Notes: a model not told the origin generated them from the sequence alone. 64,000 bases of DNA from Chiloscyllium plagiosum (GCF_004010195.1 NC_057718.1:5809110-5873109); one strand, 5' to 3'; shown: positions 38,565-51,819, counted from the stretch's first letter. A program made the numbers and translations.

Positions 38565-39125
38565 CCGATGCAATACACTCTGACTGTGTGACACTCCCTC
38601 AGTACTGTTATCTGACAAGCAGCATTGCCTCAGTACTGTCCATCCAGTAGTGCAGCACGCTCTAATTAATATCCCTGCAAGATTCACTCGGTACTGACCC
38701 TCTGACAGTTCATACTCCCACAGTTCTGACCCTCCCACAGTGCAACATTCCATCAGTACTGACTGTCCACTGGTGCTGCACTTCCTCAGCACTAACACTC
38801 CGATAGTGTGGCACTCCCTCAGTACTGACCCTCTGACAGTGCGGCACTCGCTCAGTACCAACCCTCCGACAGTGCAGCACTCCATCAACACTGACCCTCC
38901 GACAGTGCACTCTCTGAGAGTTCAACGCCCCTCGGTATTGTCCTGCAACTCTGTATTGCAATCCTTTGGTATCATCCTTCCAATAAAGCAGCACTCTCAC
39001 AGTACAGCCTTCCAACTGCATACATTCCACCAGGACTGACCCTCTGAAGGTGCCACACTCTCTCCATACTGCCCCTCAAATACGGCAGTATTTACCATTT
39101 GACAGTGCATCATGCCTCAGTACGC
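38565..39125. repeat. Degenerate ~33-bp minisatellite, probably derived from a Deu-domain SINE segment
   Basis: Unit approx cagtactgaccctctgacagtgcagcactccct repeated more than 12 times; SINE-like sequence continues to ~39210. Confidence 0.8.
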
Positions 39126-40203
39126 CTGTGTAGTATTTGGGTCTCTGGAGTGGAATTTCAGCCCACAGACTTCTGTTCCAGAGTGGGAAGTGCTGTTAAT
39201 TAAGTCATGGCTAAAACCTTACATCACAAACATTTGAATTGCGAGGTAAGTAGACATCTCAGGGCTGTTTTGGAATGTTCCAGTTTAGTCATTATAGATT
39301 TCAAACTTTCTCATCGATCAGGGAGTTCATTTCACAGTCAGTCAGATTGGTTTTTGCTATGGTGTAAACCTCTCTGAATGCTGAGGGTATTAGAATTGGC
39401 AGCAAAACCTATGGTAGCACCTTGGAGATATACTTTCTAAAGGTATTTTTCACAAAATTTTATGCCAAGTGGCATAAAGAGATATTGGAACATATGGACT
39501 GAAAGCTGGGTAAATGAGGCCCAAATGAAGAAGCATCAGAATGGAAGAGGGCAGAGTAGAGAGATTGAGAGATTCAAGCGATGGTGTTCCATACTTCAGG
39601 GCTGGACAGCTTCAGGAATGGTCATTAATGATTCAAATCAGAGTACTTAGGAGGCCAGAATAGTGGAAACCCAGATATCTCAAAGAATTGCTGATCTCGA
39701 GAAGATTAAGAGATAGCTGGGCAGAATGCAAGGACATCGAGAGGTTTGTCAACTAGGATGGGAATGTCAGACTCAAAGCATTGCCAAACTGAGGGCTCAT
39801 ATAGTTTAATGTACAGAGGGGTAGTATGTGAGCAGGACCTGTGTAATTAGAATTATTTTCGCAATGGACAAGTAAATGTGATAAGTAGCACACTCATGCT
39901 AACGCGGATTGACCGAGTGCATGAATAACAGACAAGACAGCAATTTCATTCTTGACCTGATTTCTTCTAATTTATTGTAAGGTGGCTGAGTATAAGGAGG
40001 CTATTAGGACAGCAGCAGAGTTCTCATTGGGTGCCTTTCATACATAATTAAATATTTTCAAAATGTTACTGGAAATAAATCGTGACAAACTTCTGTACAA
40101 AGACCCTGCACCTGCAGCTGATTACACAGTGCTCTGTTTAAAAGCACCAAGATTCTACAAGGAGGACGAGTTCAATTACTGCTATTTCTGATTGCTCACT
40201 CAC

Positions 40204-40233
40204 TTGGGTGAGAAGATGAAGTTGAGATGGGGA
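40204..40233 (-). CDS. Candidate 30-nt phase-1/1 micro-exon (xPISTSSSHP)
   Basis: Acceptor tcattgttttgtag and consensus donor CAA|gtgagt; length divisible by 3. Confidence 0.3.
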
Positions 40234-42599
40234 CTACAAAACAATGACTGTGTTCATTAAACTTACATTCTGATGCTGGTAACTGACTTGAAATGTTAAC
40301 GTTGGTTCTCTGCACAGAGGCTGCCTGTTGAAGAGTTTTTACCCAAAACATTGATTTTCCTGCTCCTCGGATACTACCTGACCTGCTGTGCTTTTCCAAC
40401 ACCACTCTAATCTTGACTCTGATCTCCAGCATCTGCAGTACCCACTTCCGCCTCACTGGCACTGTGTTTAGTGGGGCTGTGTTCTTTGGAACTATGTTCA
40501 CTGGGGCTGTGTACTCACTTGAAAGGATTAGGATTATCTAATGAAAGGAGACTACACTGTTCCATCTGCTGTTTAGTGAATCAGTAACATGGGAGTGTGA
40601 CATTAAAAGGATGAAGAACACAGGAAGTAAGAGCAAGCTGAGGCTAAAAGGCCCCTTGAGAATAATAATTGGAAGTTGATGCAACAAATAACTGTTACAT
40701 CATGGATCACCACATTTGGCAATGGCCTTTCCAAGTCAAACTGAAGGTAATTTTCACAAATTTACATGCCAAATGGCATAAAGAGATATTGGGACATATG
40801 GACTGGGTCAGTGAGGGCATTAAATAACCTATTAGTTAGATGACTTATTTTCAATCATATTGATTGAAGAAAAGACACCATAACAAACTCAGCCTAGCTT
40901 AACATCGCACATGAAAGAAAGCACATCAGACTTCACCAGAGGAGTCACCTAGCTCATATATTTGAAGCAGTGAATCCCTACAATATTCCAATTTACAGGT
41001 GGTTGAACTGCCCTCAGAACTGCAACTAATACTGGTTTTGGGCAGTAGGAGTGAACAGAAAGTGATCAGCTCATGCAATATATTTCATTGGTCAGTGAAA
41101 CTGCAGCAAAAATTGTCATTGGGATTTGATGAACCTCATAAAGAGAACATGAGGAAACACAAAGAGCACATGTCCCTTTGAAGCTTATTCATCTGATAGC
41201 CCGTAATTCCATTTTTATTGGGCATTTCTAACAAGTGCGCCTGTCTTATCCTGCCTTGAAGATAGCTCTAAATAACTACAGATTTGCATTGGATATCTCT
41301 TCTAACATCTTGCCTTTATTGATTCATTCAACTGGTTTACTCCTCACAAATCCTCATTTTATGACCCCGCCTTATTTTTAACATTTTGACCGAATCTTCC
41401 CCATGGTCTGCAGAGGTAGTTTAACCGAATATAGCTTCTTTGTAGTCACAAAGAAGATTGCAATTTCATTAACATTTACCTCAGGATAACTCTGAGTTTA
41501 GTTCTGATATCCTCCAAAACTCCTACTTGAATTTTCAATGGTTTCCTATGCAACAGCCCAGTGAGAGACAGCACTTTCAAAGATAAGAAGAGCAAAGAAA
41601 ACCAATGCAGAAAATACAGCACTGGATCAAACAAGAGCAGAGAAGCAACCATGAAAATTGGGGACATTCTGTTGGGTGAATTAAATTGATGCTGCAAGAT
41701 TGCCTTTTCTGTAATTATACTGTGCCCTTTTACTAATAAAGGACTAAGTAAATGTTAACTGTAAAGGGTCGGTAAAAAATACAGCTTCATCAGTTAGAAC
41801 AAAGCAGCTGATGCCAGCACATCTCCTAGTTATGGAACTGATATGTAATTACCATCTGACTGCTACCTACTTTAACTTCTTAAAGATTCTTAAATCAGTG
41901 CACAGTGATAATCTCCAAGTTAAAGGGAATTAAGACCATGATCTTCGTGATATATCTCCTTGAACAAACCTGAAGGATGTAAGGGTCACAAGGCCAGTAA
42001 AAGGAACAACTGGACTTCACTTCTCTAGGATTGCTAGTAAGTGAAAGTTACATTGATATTTATAATCTAACACTTGAACTTTGTACACCTGTAAAGATAA
42101 AGTGGACATCATCCTAATGGGGCACTCTCTCATCAGACAGAGATAACTATTGGAAGGGGGAGGTAAGGGGAGAAGTTGAGAAGATGACACAAAGATAGAT
42201 GGATAGTATTCAGGAAGCAAAGAGGCTGCAGAAGGATTTAGGTAAGGAAATTTTGCAAAGAAATGGTAGATGGAATACAATGTGATAAATTGTGAGGTTA
42301 TGCTTTATGGTAGGCAGAATAGAGGCATAGACTAATTTCTAAATGATAAACTCAGCTGGTGTGGGAATTAAAGCCATAATGTTAGCATTGTTCTACATTG
42401 CAAACCAAACATCCAGCTAGCTGGCCCCTTCAATAAGCCTATCATTGCTGATGCTACTTAGAGGAACTAAATTAATTAAATCGATTCAAATTTTTCTAAA
42501 CCACATGTTGAGCGATATAAGGATACATCCAACACCAGAAAAATGAAGTTAAATCAATAGCAAGAAGCCATATAGAATCAGAAGGCATAGGATATGTGT

Positions 42600-44572
42600 G
42601 TGGAGAGTTGAGGAACTACAAAGCAATAAAGGCCTTGAGGGAAGTTATGGATAGGATCCCTAGCAATAGTCAGGATATGGGGAAGAAAATAAATGAGGAG
42701 CTAGAAAAGGTATGTATGAAAGGTGCTATTACATTAATCATGGGGGACTTCCATGGGCAACTGAACTGGGAAAGTCAAGTTGATAGCACATCTCAAGAAA
42801 ATAAATTCAAAGAATATTTACAAGATGGTTTTTTGGAGCAGTTTGTGGTACATCCCATGAGGCATTTGGTGATGTGTAATCAGCAGGAATCAGATATAAT
42901 GGCATTATAGTAAAGTAAAAGTAACTACAAAGACATGAGGGACAAACTGGCCAGAGTTGATTGGAAGGTGACCCTCGCAGGAAAGACGAATGGAGTAGCA
43001 GGTGCTCAAGTTTCAGAGGGTCATTCTGGAGACACAGCAGAAGCTCATCCCAAAGAAGAAGAAACATTCTAAAGGGAGGACAAGGCAACAGTGGCTAACA
43101 AGGAAAGTCAGGGACTGCATAAAAGCAAAAGAAAAAACATACAATGTGGTGAAGATCGATGGGAAGCCTGAGGTTTGAGAAGCCTTTAAAAACCAACAGA
43201 AGACAATTTAAAAAAGCAATAAAGGGGGAGAAGGTGAAATCTGAGGGCAAGCTAGCTAGTAATGTAAAAGAAGATTGCAAGAGGATTTTATTTAGGTATA
43301 TAAAAGTAAGAAAGAGGTAAGAATGGACATTGTACTACTGGAAAATGAGGCTGGAGAAGTACTAATGGGGACCAAAGAAATGGTGAAGGAACTGGATCGA
43401 TAATTTGCATCAGTCTTCACAGTAGAAGACACCAATAGCATACCAAAACTTCAAGAGAGTTAGGGGCAGAAGTGAGTGAAATGGCCATCACTAAGGGAAA
43501 GCTGAAAAGTCTGAAGTGGATTAGTCACCTAGACCAGATGCACAACAGCCTAGCATTCTGAAGGAGATAGCTGAAGAGATTGTAGAGGCATTGGTGGCAA
43601 TCTATCAGGAATAACTGTAGTCAAGGAGGATCCCAGAAGACTGGAAAATAGTAAATATAATGTCTGTGTTTAAGAAGGGAGGGAGGTAGAAGACAGGAAA
43701 CTGTAGGCAGGTTAGCCTGACCTTATCATTGGCAAGATTTTAGAGTCCATAATGAAGGATGAGATTGCGGAGTAGTTGGAAATGCATGATAAAATAAGGC
43801 TGTGTCAGCACGGCTTCTTCAAGGGAGGTCGTACCTGACAAACCTGTACTAATTCTTTCAGGAGATAACAAGCAAGTTAGACAAAGGAGATCCAGTGGAT
43901 GTGATCAATCTGGATTTCTAGAAGGCCTTTGACAAGATGTCGCACAGGAGACTGCTAAATGAATTAAAAACCAATGGTGTTAGAGGCAAGGTACTGGCAT
44001 GGATAGAGAATTGGCTGACCTACAGAAGACAGAGGCTGGGGTTAAAGGGGTTTTTCTCATTATGGTTGTTCGTGACTAGTGGAGTTCCACAGATGTCATT
44101 GTTGGTAACGCAGGAACTGAGGCCATTGTTGCGAAGTTTGCAGATGACACAAAGATAGATGGATAGTATTCAGGAAGCAAAGAGGCTGCAGAAGGATTTA
44201 GGTAAGGAAATTTTGCAAAGAAATGGTAGATGGAATACAATGTGATAAATTGTGAGGTTATGCTTTATGGTAGGCAGAATAGAGGCATAGACTAATTTCT
44301 AAATGGGGAAAGATTTCAGAAATCTGAAGCATGAAAGGACTTAGGTGTCCTAGTTCAGGATTCTCTTAAGGTTAGCATGTAGGTTCAGTTAGGAATTATG
44401 AAGGCAAATGCAATGCTAGCATTCATTTCAAGGGGGTTAGAATACAAGAGCTGAGACTGCATAAGGCTCTGGTCAGACTGCATTTGGAATATTGTGAGCA
44501 ATATTGGTTCCAGCATCTAAGGAAGGATGTGCTGGCCTAGCAAGGGGTCCAGAGGAGGTTTACAAGAATGAT
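42600..44572 (+). mobile_element. Older degenerate CR1 ORF2 (endonuclease to RT), runs into a gap
   Basis: LIMGDF, FLEQFV, gatttctagaaggcctttgacaag (DFxKAFDK), VTSGVPQ, FADDTK; many stops. Confidence 0.9.
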
Positions 44573-46254
44573 NNNNNNNNNNNNNNNNNNNNNNNNNNNN
44601 NNNNNNNNNNNNNNNNNNNNNNNNNNNNNNNNNNNNNNNNNNNNNNNNNNNNNNNNNNNNNNNNNNNNNNNNNNNNNNNNNNNNNNNNNNNNNNNNNNNN
44701 NNNNNNNNNNNNNNNNNNNNNNNNNNNNNNNNNNNNNNNNNNNNNNNNNNNNNNNNNNNNNNNNNNNNNNNNNNNNNNNNNNNNNNNNNNNNNNNNNNNN
44801 NNNNNNNNNNNNNNNNNNNNNNNNNNNNNNNNNNNNNNNNNNNNNNNNNNNNNNNNNNNNNNNNNNNNNNNNNNNNNNNNNNNNNNNNNNNNNNNNNNNN
44901 NNNNNNNNNNNNNNNNNNNNNNNNNNNNNNNNNNNNNNNNNNNNNNNNNNNNNNNNNNNNNNNNNNNNNNNNNNNNNNNNNNNNNNNNNNNNNNNNNNNN
45001 NNNNNNNNNNNNNNNNNNNNNNNNNNNNNNNNNNNNNNNNNNNNNNNNNNNNNNNNNNNNNNNNNNNNNNNNTCCCTAATTTGTTCAGAGGAGATCATGG
45101 TCCAAGGGCCATTAATTACAGCTGCAGGTGCAGAAATGTTTCTCCCAAGAGTGGGCCTCTTTTGCTCAATACTTTCATGGGATTGACCAAAAGCACATAA
45201 ACAACAACAGCAGGAGTAGGCCATTTGGCCCATCGAGCCTGCTCCAGGATTCAATAAGATCATGGCTGACGTTTTCATGGACTCAGCTCCACTTACCCAC
45301 CCTCTCACCATAACCCTTAATTCCTTTACTGTTCAAAAATCTATCTGTCTTTGCCTTAAAACATTCAAGGGGGTAGCCTCAACAACTTCACTGGGCGGGG
45401 AATTCCACAGATTCACAACCCTTTGGGTGAAGACGTTCCTCCTCAACTCCATTCTAAATCTGCTCCTCCTTATCTTGAGGCTGTGCCCCCTAGTTTTATT
45501 CAAAGCTGGCACTTATTCCAAATCTTAGTCACTGCCAAGAGGTGATGAGGGATCTCCTTCTTGAATGGCTTTAGTTTCTGTTATGCACGTTGTCTCACCG
45601 TGGTTCCTAATATTTAATTTGGAGGAAATTTCCGCTCACTCATATTGTTTCTGCACTACATTCACAAAATGTCATGATCTGTTTTTACACAGAATGCAAA
45701 AAAGGCACTAAGCTGTGAGTCCCTCCAAAAAGGCAATGGGCAATGATAAAGTGGTTTCATTTTGTCTGAATCCTCATTCAACTCTATCAGCTTTGCCTTC
45801 CTGGCACGTGCCGAGTCTAGAGCCTATCAGGAGTCTACCATTCATTAACTGCGGGGCTTTCTAAGTAAGCAATGTAACACCCAAAAGACTCTTTGTGCAT
45901 TGTCAGCATAACCTCCACAACAGCTCGGTCTCTGGAGATGGGAAACTGCACTGCCCACGAACTTCCTAGTGCATTTGTTGCAATCAATCTTTTTCATCGC
46001 TGATCCATTGGGATGGAGAGGGTGTATGAAAACAGTGGGATGACGACATCGTCATGCAGAATTGTGAGTTGAGTAATTCGACATGGGAAGTGATGCTAAT
46101 TAACGGGTCTGTATTATTTGCTCAATGATACACTGGTGAAAAACACTGCATTGTTATTAAGTTGAGGAGCTGACAGCTGCAGCAGCTCAGCACATTTATG
46201 CACCGGGTGGTTAGATTAGAGAGAAGCAAGCTTGGTCCATGGCTGGGTCAGGAC

Positions 46255-46812
46255 TGGGTGTGTGATTTTGCGTGTGTGTGTTTGTCCGCGTGTTTTATGT
46301 ATTTCTGTGTGTATGTCTGCCTGTGTGCGTGTCTGCCTGTGTGTGTGTGTGTGTGTACACGCGTGCATGTGAGCTAGAGCTGTACAGCATGGAAACAGAC
46401 CCATTCATTCCAACTCTTCCATGTCGACCAGATATCCTAAATCAATCTGGTCCCATTTGCCACCATTTGGCCCATATCCTTCTAAACCTTTCCTATTCAT
46501 GTACCCATCCAGATGCTTTTAAATGGTGTAATTGTACCAACCTCCACCAATTCCTATGGCAGCTCATTCCATACATGCAGCATCTTTGCATGATAATGTT
46601 ATCCCTTAACTCCCTTTTAAATCTTTCCCCTCTCACCCAAAATCTATGCCATCTTGTTTTGGACTCCCATAACCTGGGAAAAAAATACTTTGGCAATTCA
46701 CCTTATCCTTGCTCCTCATGATTTTATAAACTTTTGTGTGGATGCATATGAGAGTGTGTATCTTTGTGTCTGTGCATGTGTGTGAGTTTCTGTGTGTGTG
46801 CTTGTGTGTCCA
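46255..46812. repeat. TG-rich microsatellite split by a minus-strand CR1 3' fragment (~46375-46735)
   Basis: (TG)n-like tracts on both sides of CR1 3' sequence. Confidence 0.85.
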
Positions 46813-47590
46813 TTTTCAGAGTAACTGTGTCTTTTGCTGTGTCTAAGAGTTATCAGTTGAACCCCACTTCAAACTGTCCTGAGACAGAAGTCTCAGAATA
46901 AGGAGTCAGTTCTGGTGTAATGCTCACAATTAAGGAATAGAAATAGAATGGCACCCATTGTTTTCCCATCATTGCCACTACCACAGTCTTATGTCATGTC
47001 ATTTCACCTGTAAGTGGATTGCAAGTCAGTCTGATGACCCTGGATCATAAAAAAAATCGTTACTTGAACAAATGCAATAACCTCCAGACCATCAGAACTC
47101 CAGAGAACGTTAGACATTTTTAAGTTGCAATTATAAAATGTACATTCTAAAAGAGGACTGCTAAGGTCAAAAAAAAGAAGTGAGGTTGCAGATGTAAATG
47201 ACATGGCAGTCTACAGAGAGACCCATGCAATGTCACACCTCAAGATGCAAAGGGAACAGCACTTTAAAGGGGGAAGAGACACGTCTAAACAGACTGAACT
47301 ATGTTCTTTTGTGACTACAGAGATAAACAGACACTGAAGAGCCCCTGCTTAACAGCAAGCTAGACCCTGTGGATTATGTCCCAAACTGCAGACACACTTG
47401 TGTTTTCTTTTTCCCCTTGAAGAATTCACAAGAGCCAGTTTTCACCTTCACAGGAGTGGTCTAGTGGAACCTCGGTACATGAGTGTGATGGGAGGTTCGG
47501 GTAAGTGTGAAGACTAGCCTTGATTCAAGAAATAGGGTGCTCTGAAGGTTACATTTGCAAATTCTCTGCTTGTCACGCCTGGGTTGCAAT

Positions 47591-48235
47591 TGTAATGGGC
47601 CAGGCCAGATCCCCTCAAAATATATTAAGAAGGCAGCCTAGACCCTATCTTTTTCTTATTTGAAAGGCAAATGTAATGTGCTGTGTTCTCGATGCAATTC
47701 AATTGGTCAAACTACTTTGCATAATTTATTTAAACAGATTAAACAACAAAAGAAAGAACTTAGAGTAATTTAACTCTATTGGAAAATGTAATAGAATAAT
47801 GGATACGGAACTATCACTAATTTGGCAATATCCCATAAATGCACCTCTTGGCGAAAAGGCAAAATGAGAAAAATAGATTTGTCTCACAGGTAATCCAGCA
47901 GCAGAGAGAAACCCCAGCTTTTAGCTGTAACTGAGAGAGGGAAAAGGTCACTACTACTATTTCAAACCTCCTGCAGCTTCTGCCATGTTGAAAGCCAACA
48001 GCATCTGCTTAAAGTTAACCTTAAAACTAAAAAAAATTAGAAATACTGGACTGTGAGAGCTGGCCACTTCCATCCAGGCTGCTTCTACTGTTCCAACTTT
48101 AAAAAAAACCCCAAAGCCTCACCAGCTGTTTTATTTTATTGGCTTCCCAAGTAGACAGCTCAGACCTCTGTCTTAAAACCTCTCTTCAAGGAAAACCAGG
48201 ACAAAAGAACCTTTTAAAGCCACAACATTGTCATA
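47591..48235 (-). mobile_element. Solo LTR, related to 53209-53818
   Basis: Minus strand starts tatgacaatg and ends ttttgaggggatctggcctggcccattaca, homologous to both ends of the other LTR; TSD unclear. Confidence 0.7.
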
Positions 48236-48319
48236 CAGGTAAAGTGTTCCTCTTTCTCTGAGTGCTGGATGTCAGTGAGTTAGCAATGCAAAAGGAAACA
48301 GAACAACTTCACAACAGAT

Positions 48320-48612
48320 GGCACAGTGGCTCAGTGGTTAGCGCTGCTGCCTCACAGTGCCAGGGACCCAGGTTAGATTCCAGCCTCGGGTGACTGTCTG
48401 TGTAGAGTTTGCACATTCTCCCTGTGTCCGCATGGGTTTCCTCCCACAGTCCAAAGACATACAGCTCAGGTGAATTGGCCATGCTAAATTGCCTATAGGA
48501 TTAGTTGCATTAGTCAGAAGGTAATGGGTCTGAGTGGGTTACTCTTCGGTGGGTCGGTGTGGACTTGTTGGGCCGAAGGGCCTGTTTCTACACTGTAGGT
48601 AATCTAATCTAA
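48320..48612 (+). mobile_element. HE1/V-SINE, full length
   Basis: A-box gtggctcagtggtta, B-box-like ggttagattcc, V-domain, CR1-like 3' end gggccgaagggcctgtttc and (taatc)n tail. Confidence 0.9.
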
Positions 48613-49159
48613 CATTCTCACACGACAAGTTAGACTGAAGGGTCTGTTTCTGTGCTGTACATCTCTATGACCCTGAATGCTGGAATTCAGTTACAGTTGA
48701 AAGGAATCTTTTCTTTTACATTTTGAATTGACTCCTATTTCTAATCTGGGTACATGTGTGTTGTATTCTGAATTCTTCTCATGTTTAGGAATGAATAAGC
48801 TTGTTAATAAGCTCTTAATTCAAGAAAACCAAGTTAAATTAGCTGCTTTAAAACAAAATATAGGTTCATTTGGGTGTAGGAGAAAGGCCCCCACAGGGAA
48901 AGGACCCAGTTTGAATTTAGCCCAACACTGACCAGCTGAGGACGGTGAATTAAGAAGAGGAATCAGTTCCTTCCTCCTGACCTGGGAATTTAGCAATTTG
49001 GGATATCACTTTGGAGTTATAACAAGTTGGGAATACTTGTCTGGAGTCTGGGGCAACACAACCTCAGGTTGATATAAAGCAGTGGTAAAATGGACTGTTT
49101 TATGAGTTAACCGGTATAGAGAGAAGAAATGTATAATTTGAGACTGTGTGAACTTGACT

Positions 49160-49405
49160 ATATGTATGTGTGTGCAAATGCGTGTGCTTGTGCTTGTGTG
49201 TGCATGCATGTGTCTAAGTGCATGTGTGTGTGTGTGCAAGTGCGTGTACATGCATGCAAACCTATTTGTGTATGTGCAAGTATGCACAAGCGCACACTTG
49301 TGTATGTGTGAGCATGTATGCACATGGGTGTGTGCATGTGTGTGCATGCATGCGTGTTTATGCATGTGTATGTGTGTGCACCTGTGTGCACATGTGTATG
49401 AGAGA
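49160..49405. repeat. Degenerate alternating purine-pyrimidine (TG/CA/TA) microsatellite
   Basis: tgtgtgcatgcatgtgt-type low-complexity tract. Confidence 0.9.
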
Positions 49406-49884
49406 GTCTGTGCTTTTCAAATCCATGCTGTGTAAACTTAGGACATATACTTGTGTGTATTTCAATCATTGCATGTACTGTCCCTCACAACCTGGACTAG
49501 CTCACAAATTCAGTAATGTTCACATGGATGTGTGAATAGTGTCAGGCATCTGGTTCTCTTTAATTAATGGTTGCCAAGTGCATGATCCTTTTGAGATTGG
49601 TACATGCCACCCATTCGAAGGGGAATTAGCTGGTGTTCAGCCAGTTTCATTAATACAAACCATCATCTCAAAGCTTACAGTAATTAAATGAGAAGGTCCA
49701 CAAACTCAGAAAATAATTCATCAAAGGATTGACAGAATTTCTGGGAAACTGTCAACAATAGAAAATCACTGTTTGTTTCTTTGCCTGAAGGTTTCAGCAA
49801 TATCCCGTTACGTCGAGGGTGGGAAATCCGGAAAATCCATGTGGAATTTTGAACAAGGGAACTCTGACTTGGCTTGTACACATG

Positions 49885-50103
49885 GTTAGAGATTCATTCG
49901 GCCCACCCCACAAGCTATCCCTGCAGCCCCAGCTTTCCCACAGCTTACCCACCCAGCCTTCACATCCCTGGACACTATGAGCAATTTCCCATGGCCAATC
50001 CACCCTAACCTGCACATCTTTGGACTGTTGGAGGAAACCGGAGCAGCCAGAGGAAACCCAAGAGGACATGAGGAGAATGTGCAAACTCCACACAGACAGC
50101 GAT
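49885..50103 (-). mobile_element. HE1/V-SINE lacking its head
   Basis: cctgcacatctttggactgttggaggaaaccggagc...gcaaactccacacagaca. Confidence 0.85.
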
Positions 50104-50179
50104 CAGAAAACTTCTGGTCATGCAAGTAATCTGAGTGAAAATGTTCAACAAAGTCATCACTCGATCTGCATTTTGTCTC

Positions 50180-50830
50180 CTCGATGATCGTGGGGATGAA
50201 GACCTTGTCATATACGGAGCGGGTGAGGAGTCTGGAGCTATGTTTGACTGAGTTCAGAAAGATGAAGGGGGATCTCATTGAAACCAAGACAGGCCTCAAT
50301 GGAGTGGAGGTGGTGAAGATGCTTCCACTAGAAGGAGAGATGAAGTCCCAAAGGCACAACCTCACAGTGAAGGGGTGACCGTTTAGAACTGAGATGAGGA
50401 GGAATTTCTTCAGCCAGAGGGTAGGGAATCTGTGGAACTCATTGCTACATAAGGCTTGGAGGCTACATTGTTGAGTTTACTTAAGACAGAGATAGATGGG
50501 TTCTTGATTTGGCAGACGATCAAGGGTTACGTGGAAAAGGCAGGAGGATGGAGCTGAGGAACATATCAGCCATGATTGAATGGCAGAGTAGACACATTGG
50601 GCTGAATGCTGGAGATCAGAGTCGAGAGTGTGTTGCTGGAAAAGCAGGTCTGGCAACATCCAGGGAGCAGGAGAATCAACGTTTCGGGCCCTTATTCCTG
50701 ATGAAGGTCTTTTGCCTGAAACGTCAATTGTCCTGCTCCTCAGATGCTACCTGACCTGCTTTGCTTTGCCAGCACCGTACTCTCAACACTGGGCTGAATG
50801 GCCTAATTCTGTTCCTATATCTTGTGATCT
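50180..50830 (+). mobile_element. CR1 3' end containing a PLE family-A fold-back insertion (~50609-50787)
   Basis: The insert is flanked by cattgggctgaatg and cactgggctgaatg; hammerhead core CTGATGA at 50698. Confidence 0.8.
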
Positions 50831-51819
50831 TATACAGAGGAGAACATGTTGTAAACTCTAAGTAGAGGACAGTAATGTGAAAAAAAACAATGATTGCTTT
50901 GCTTGAAAGGAATGTTTTGGTTCCTAAGCAGCAGAAGATGACATTAAAGTGAAATGTTAACTTTATTGTTATCACTGTTGAAGGACCTGCTCAGAACCAC
51001 GTCGAAAATTCAATGTTTAACTGGATTGATTTCATTGTTGTTTGTCAGAGTTTGTAATACAAACATTCACTGATGGATCATTGACCATACTTCGGAAATG
51101 TTGCAGTCAGTGCAAAACATTGTGGGACACCCTGGAAACAGGAAAATACACAAAATGAGAATGAGTTAATCTTTGTTGCTTGTCTGAACTTTCCCTTTAT
51201 CAGCTGCTGATGGAACAAAGGCAAAAGTTAGCATTTATGTGAACCTTTGTTGATCTCAGAACATCCCAAAGCACTTTTCTGGCAATGTGTGTCACTGTTG
51301 TAATACAGGGCTGGCTGTACACACAGGGCAATTTTTTCTATTTCAAATTTCCACTCTCTAAGTTTCTCCTTATCTCTATGTTTTGTTATTTTCTTTGCGC
51401 GGCCTGCAAAACCCAGACAAGAATGGCTGACTCACCGGGTTTGTGGTGGAGCCAATGGTATTTTAACCTTGCATCAAGACAGGAGGAACAGGCAGACATA
51501 ACCTGTTGTGATCCATTAACCCAGAGAGCAGGGATGAACCAAAACAGCTTTACTGTCCTCTTATAGGCTCTCCATACACAGAGACACTGGCAGCTCTCTC
51601 TACTGTTCAGTAGCCAGAACTGACAGACGCGATACATCTCCTGCCAGGATGCTTCCAGAATTGAGAAATCCCGCTTTGGAAGAAATCCACAGAGGGGCCA
51701 TTTGACACAGTGAGAAGGCACAGCTTGATCTGTTTGTGAAATCTCGGAGGGGCTGACATCATTATTGCACATTTGGTCCCTTCAACTACTCCCTGATAAA
51801 ACTTAGTGAGTCAGATCGC

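Noticed and set aside
38538..39039. Repetitive Cys-rich ORFs and a CRISPR-like periodic pattern
   Set aside because: Tandem minisatellite without unique spacers in a eukaryotic context; no cas genes
41476..41697. Hydrophobic minus-strand ORF (MSPIFMVASLLLF...)
   Set aside because: Explained by a pyrimidine-rich tract; splice phase incompatible with the other candidate exons
47423..47500. Plus-strand 78-nt exon-like segment with a strong gtaagt donor
   Set aside because: No recognisable peptide, no coherent plus-strand partner exons, and the surroundings look repeat-derived
49006..49535. Cys/His/Val-rich ORFs in several frames
   Set aside because: Translation of a TG/CA microsatellite, not a zinc-finger or metallothionein gene
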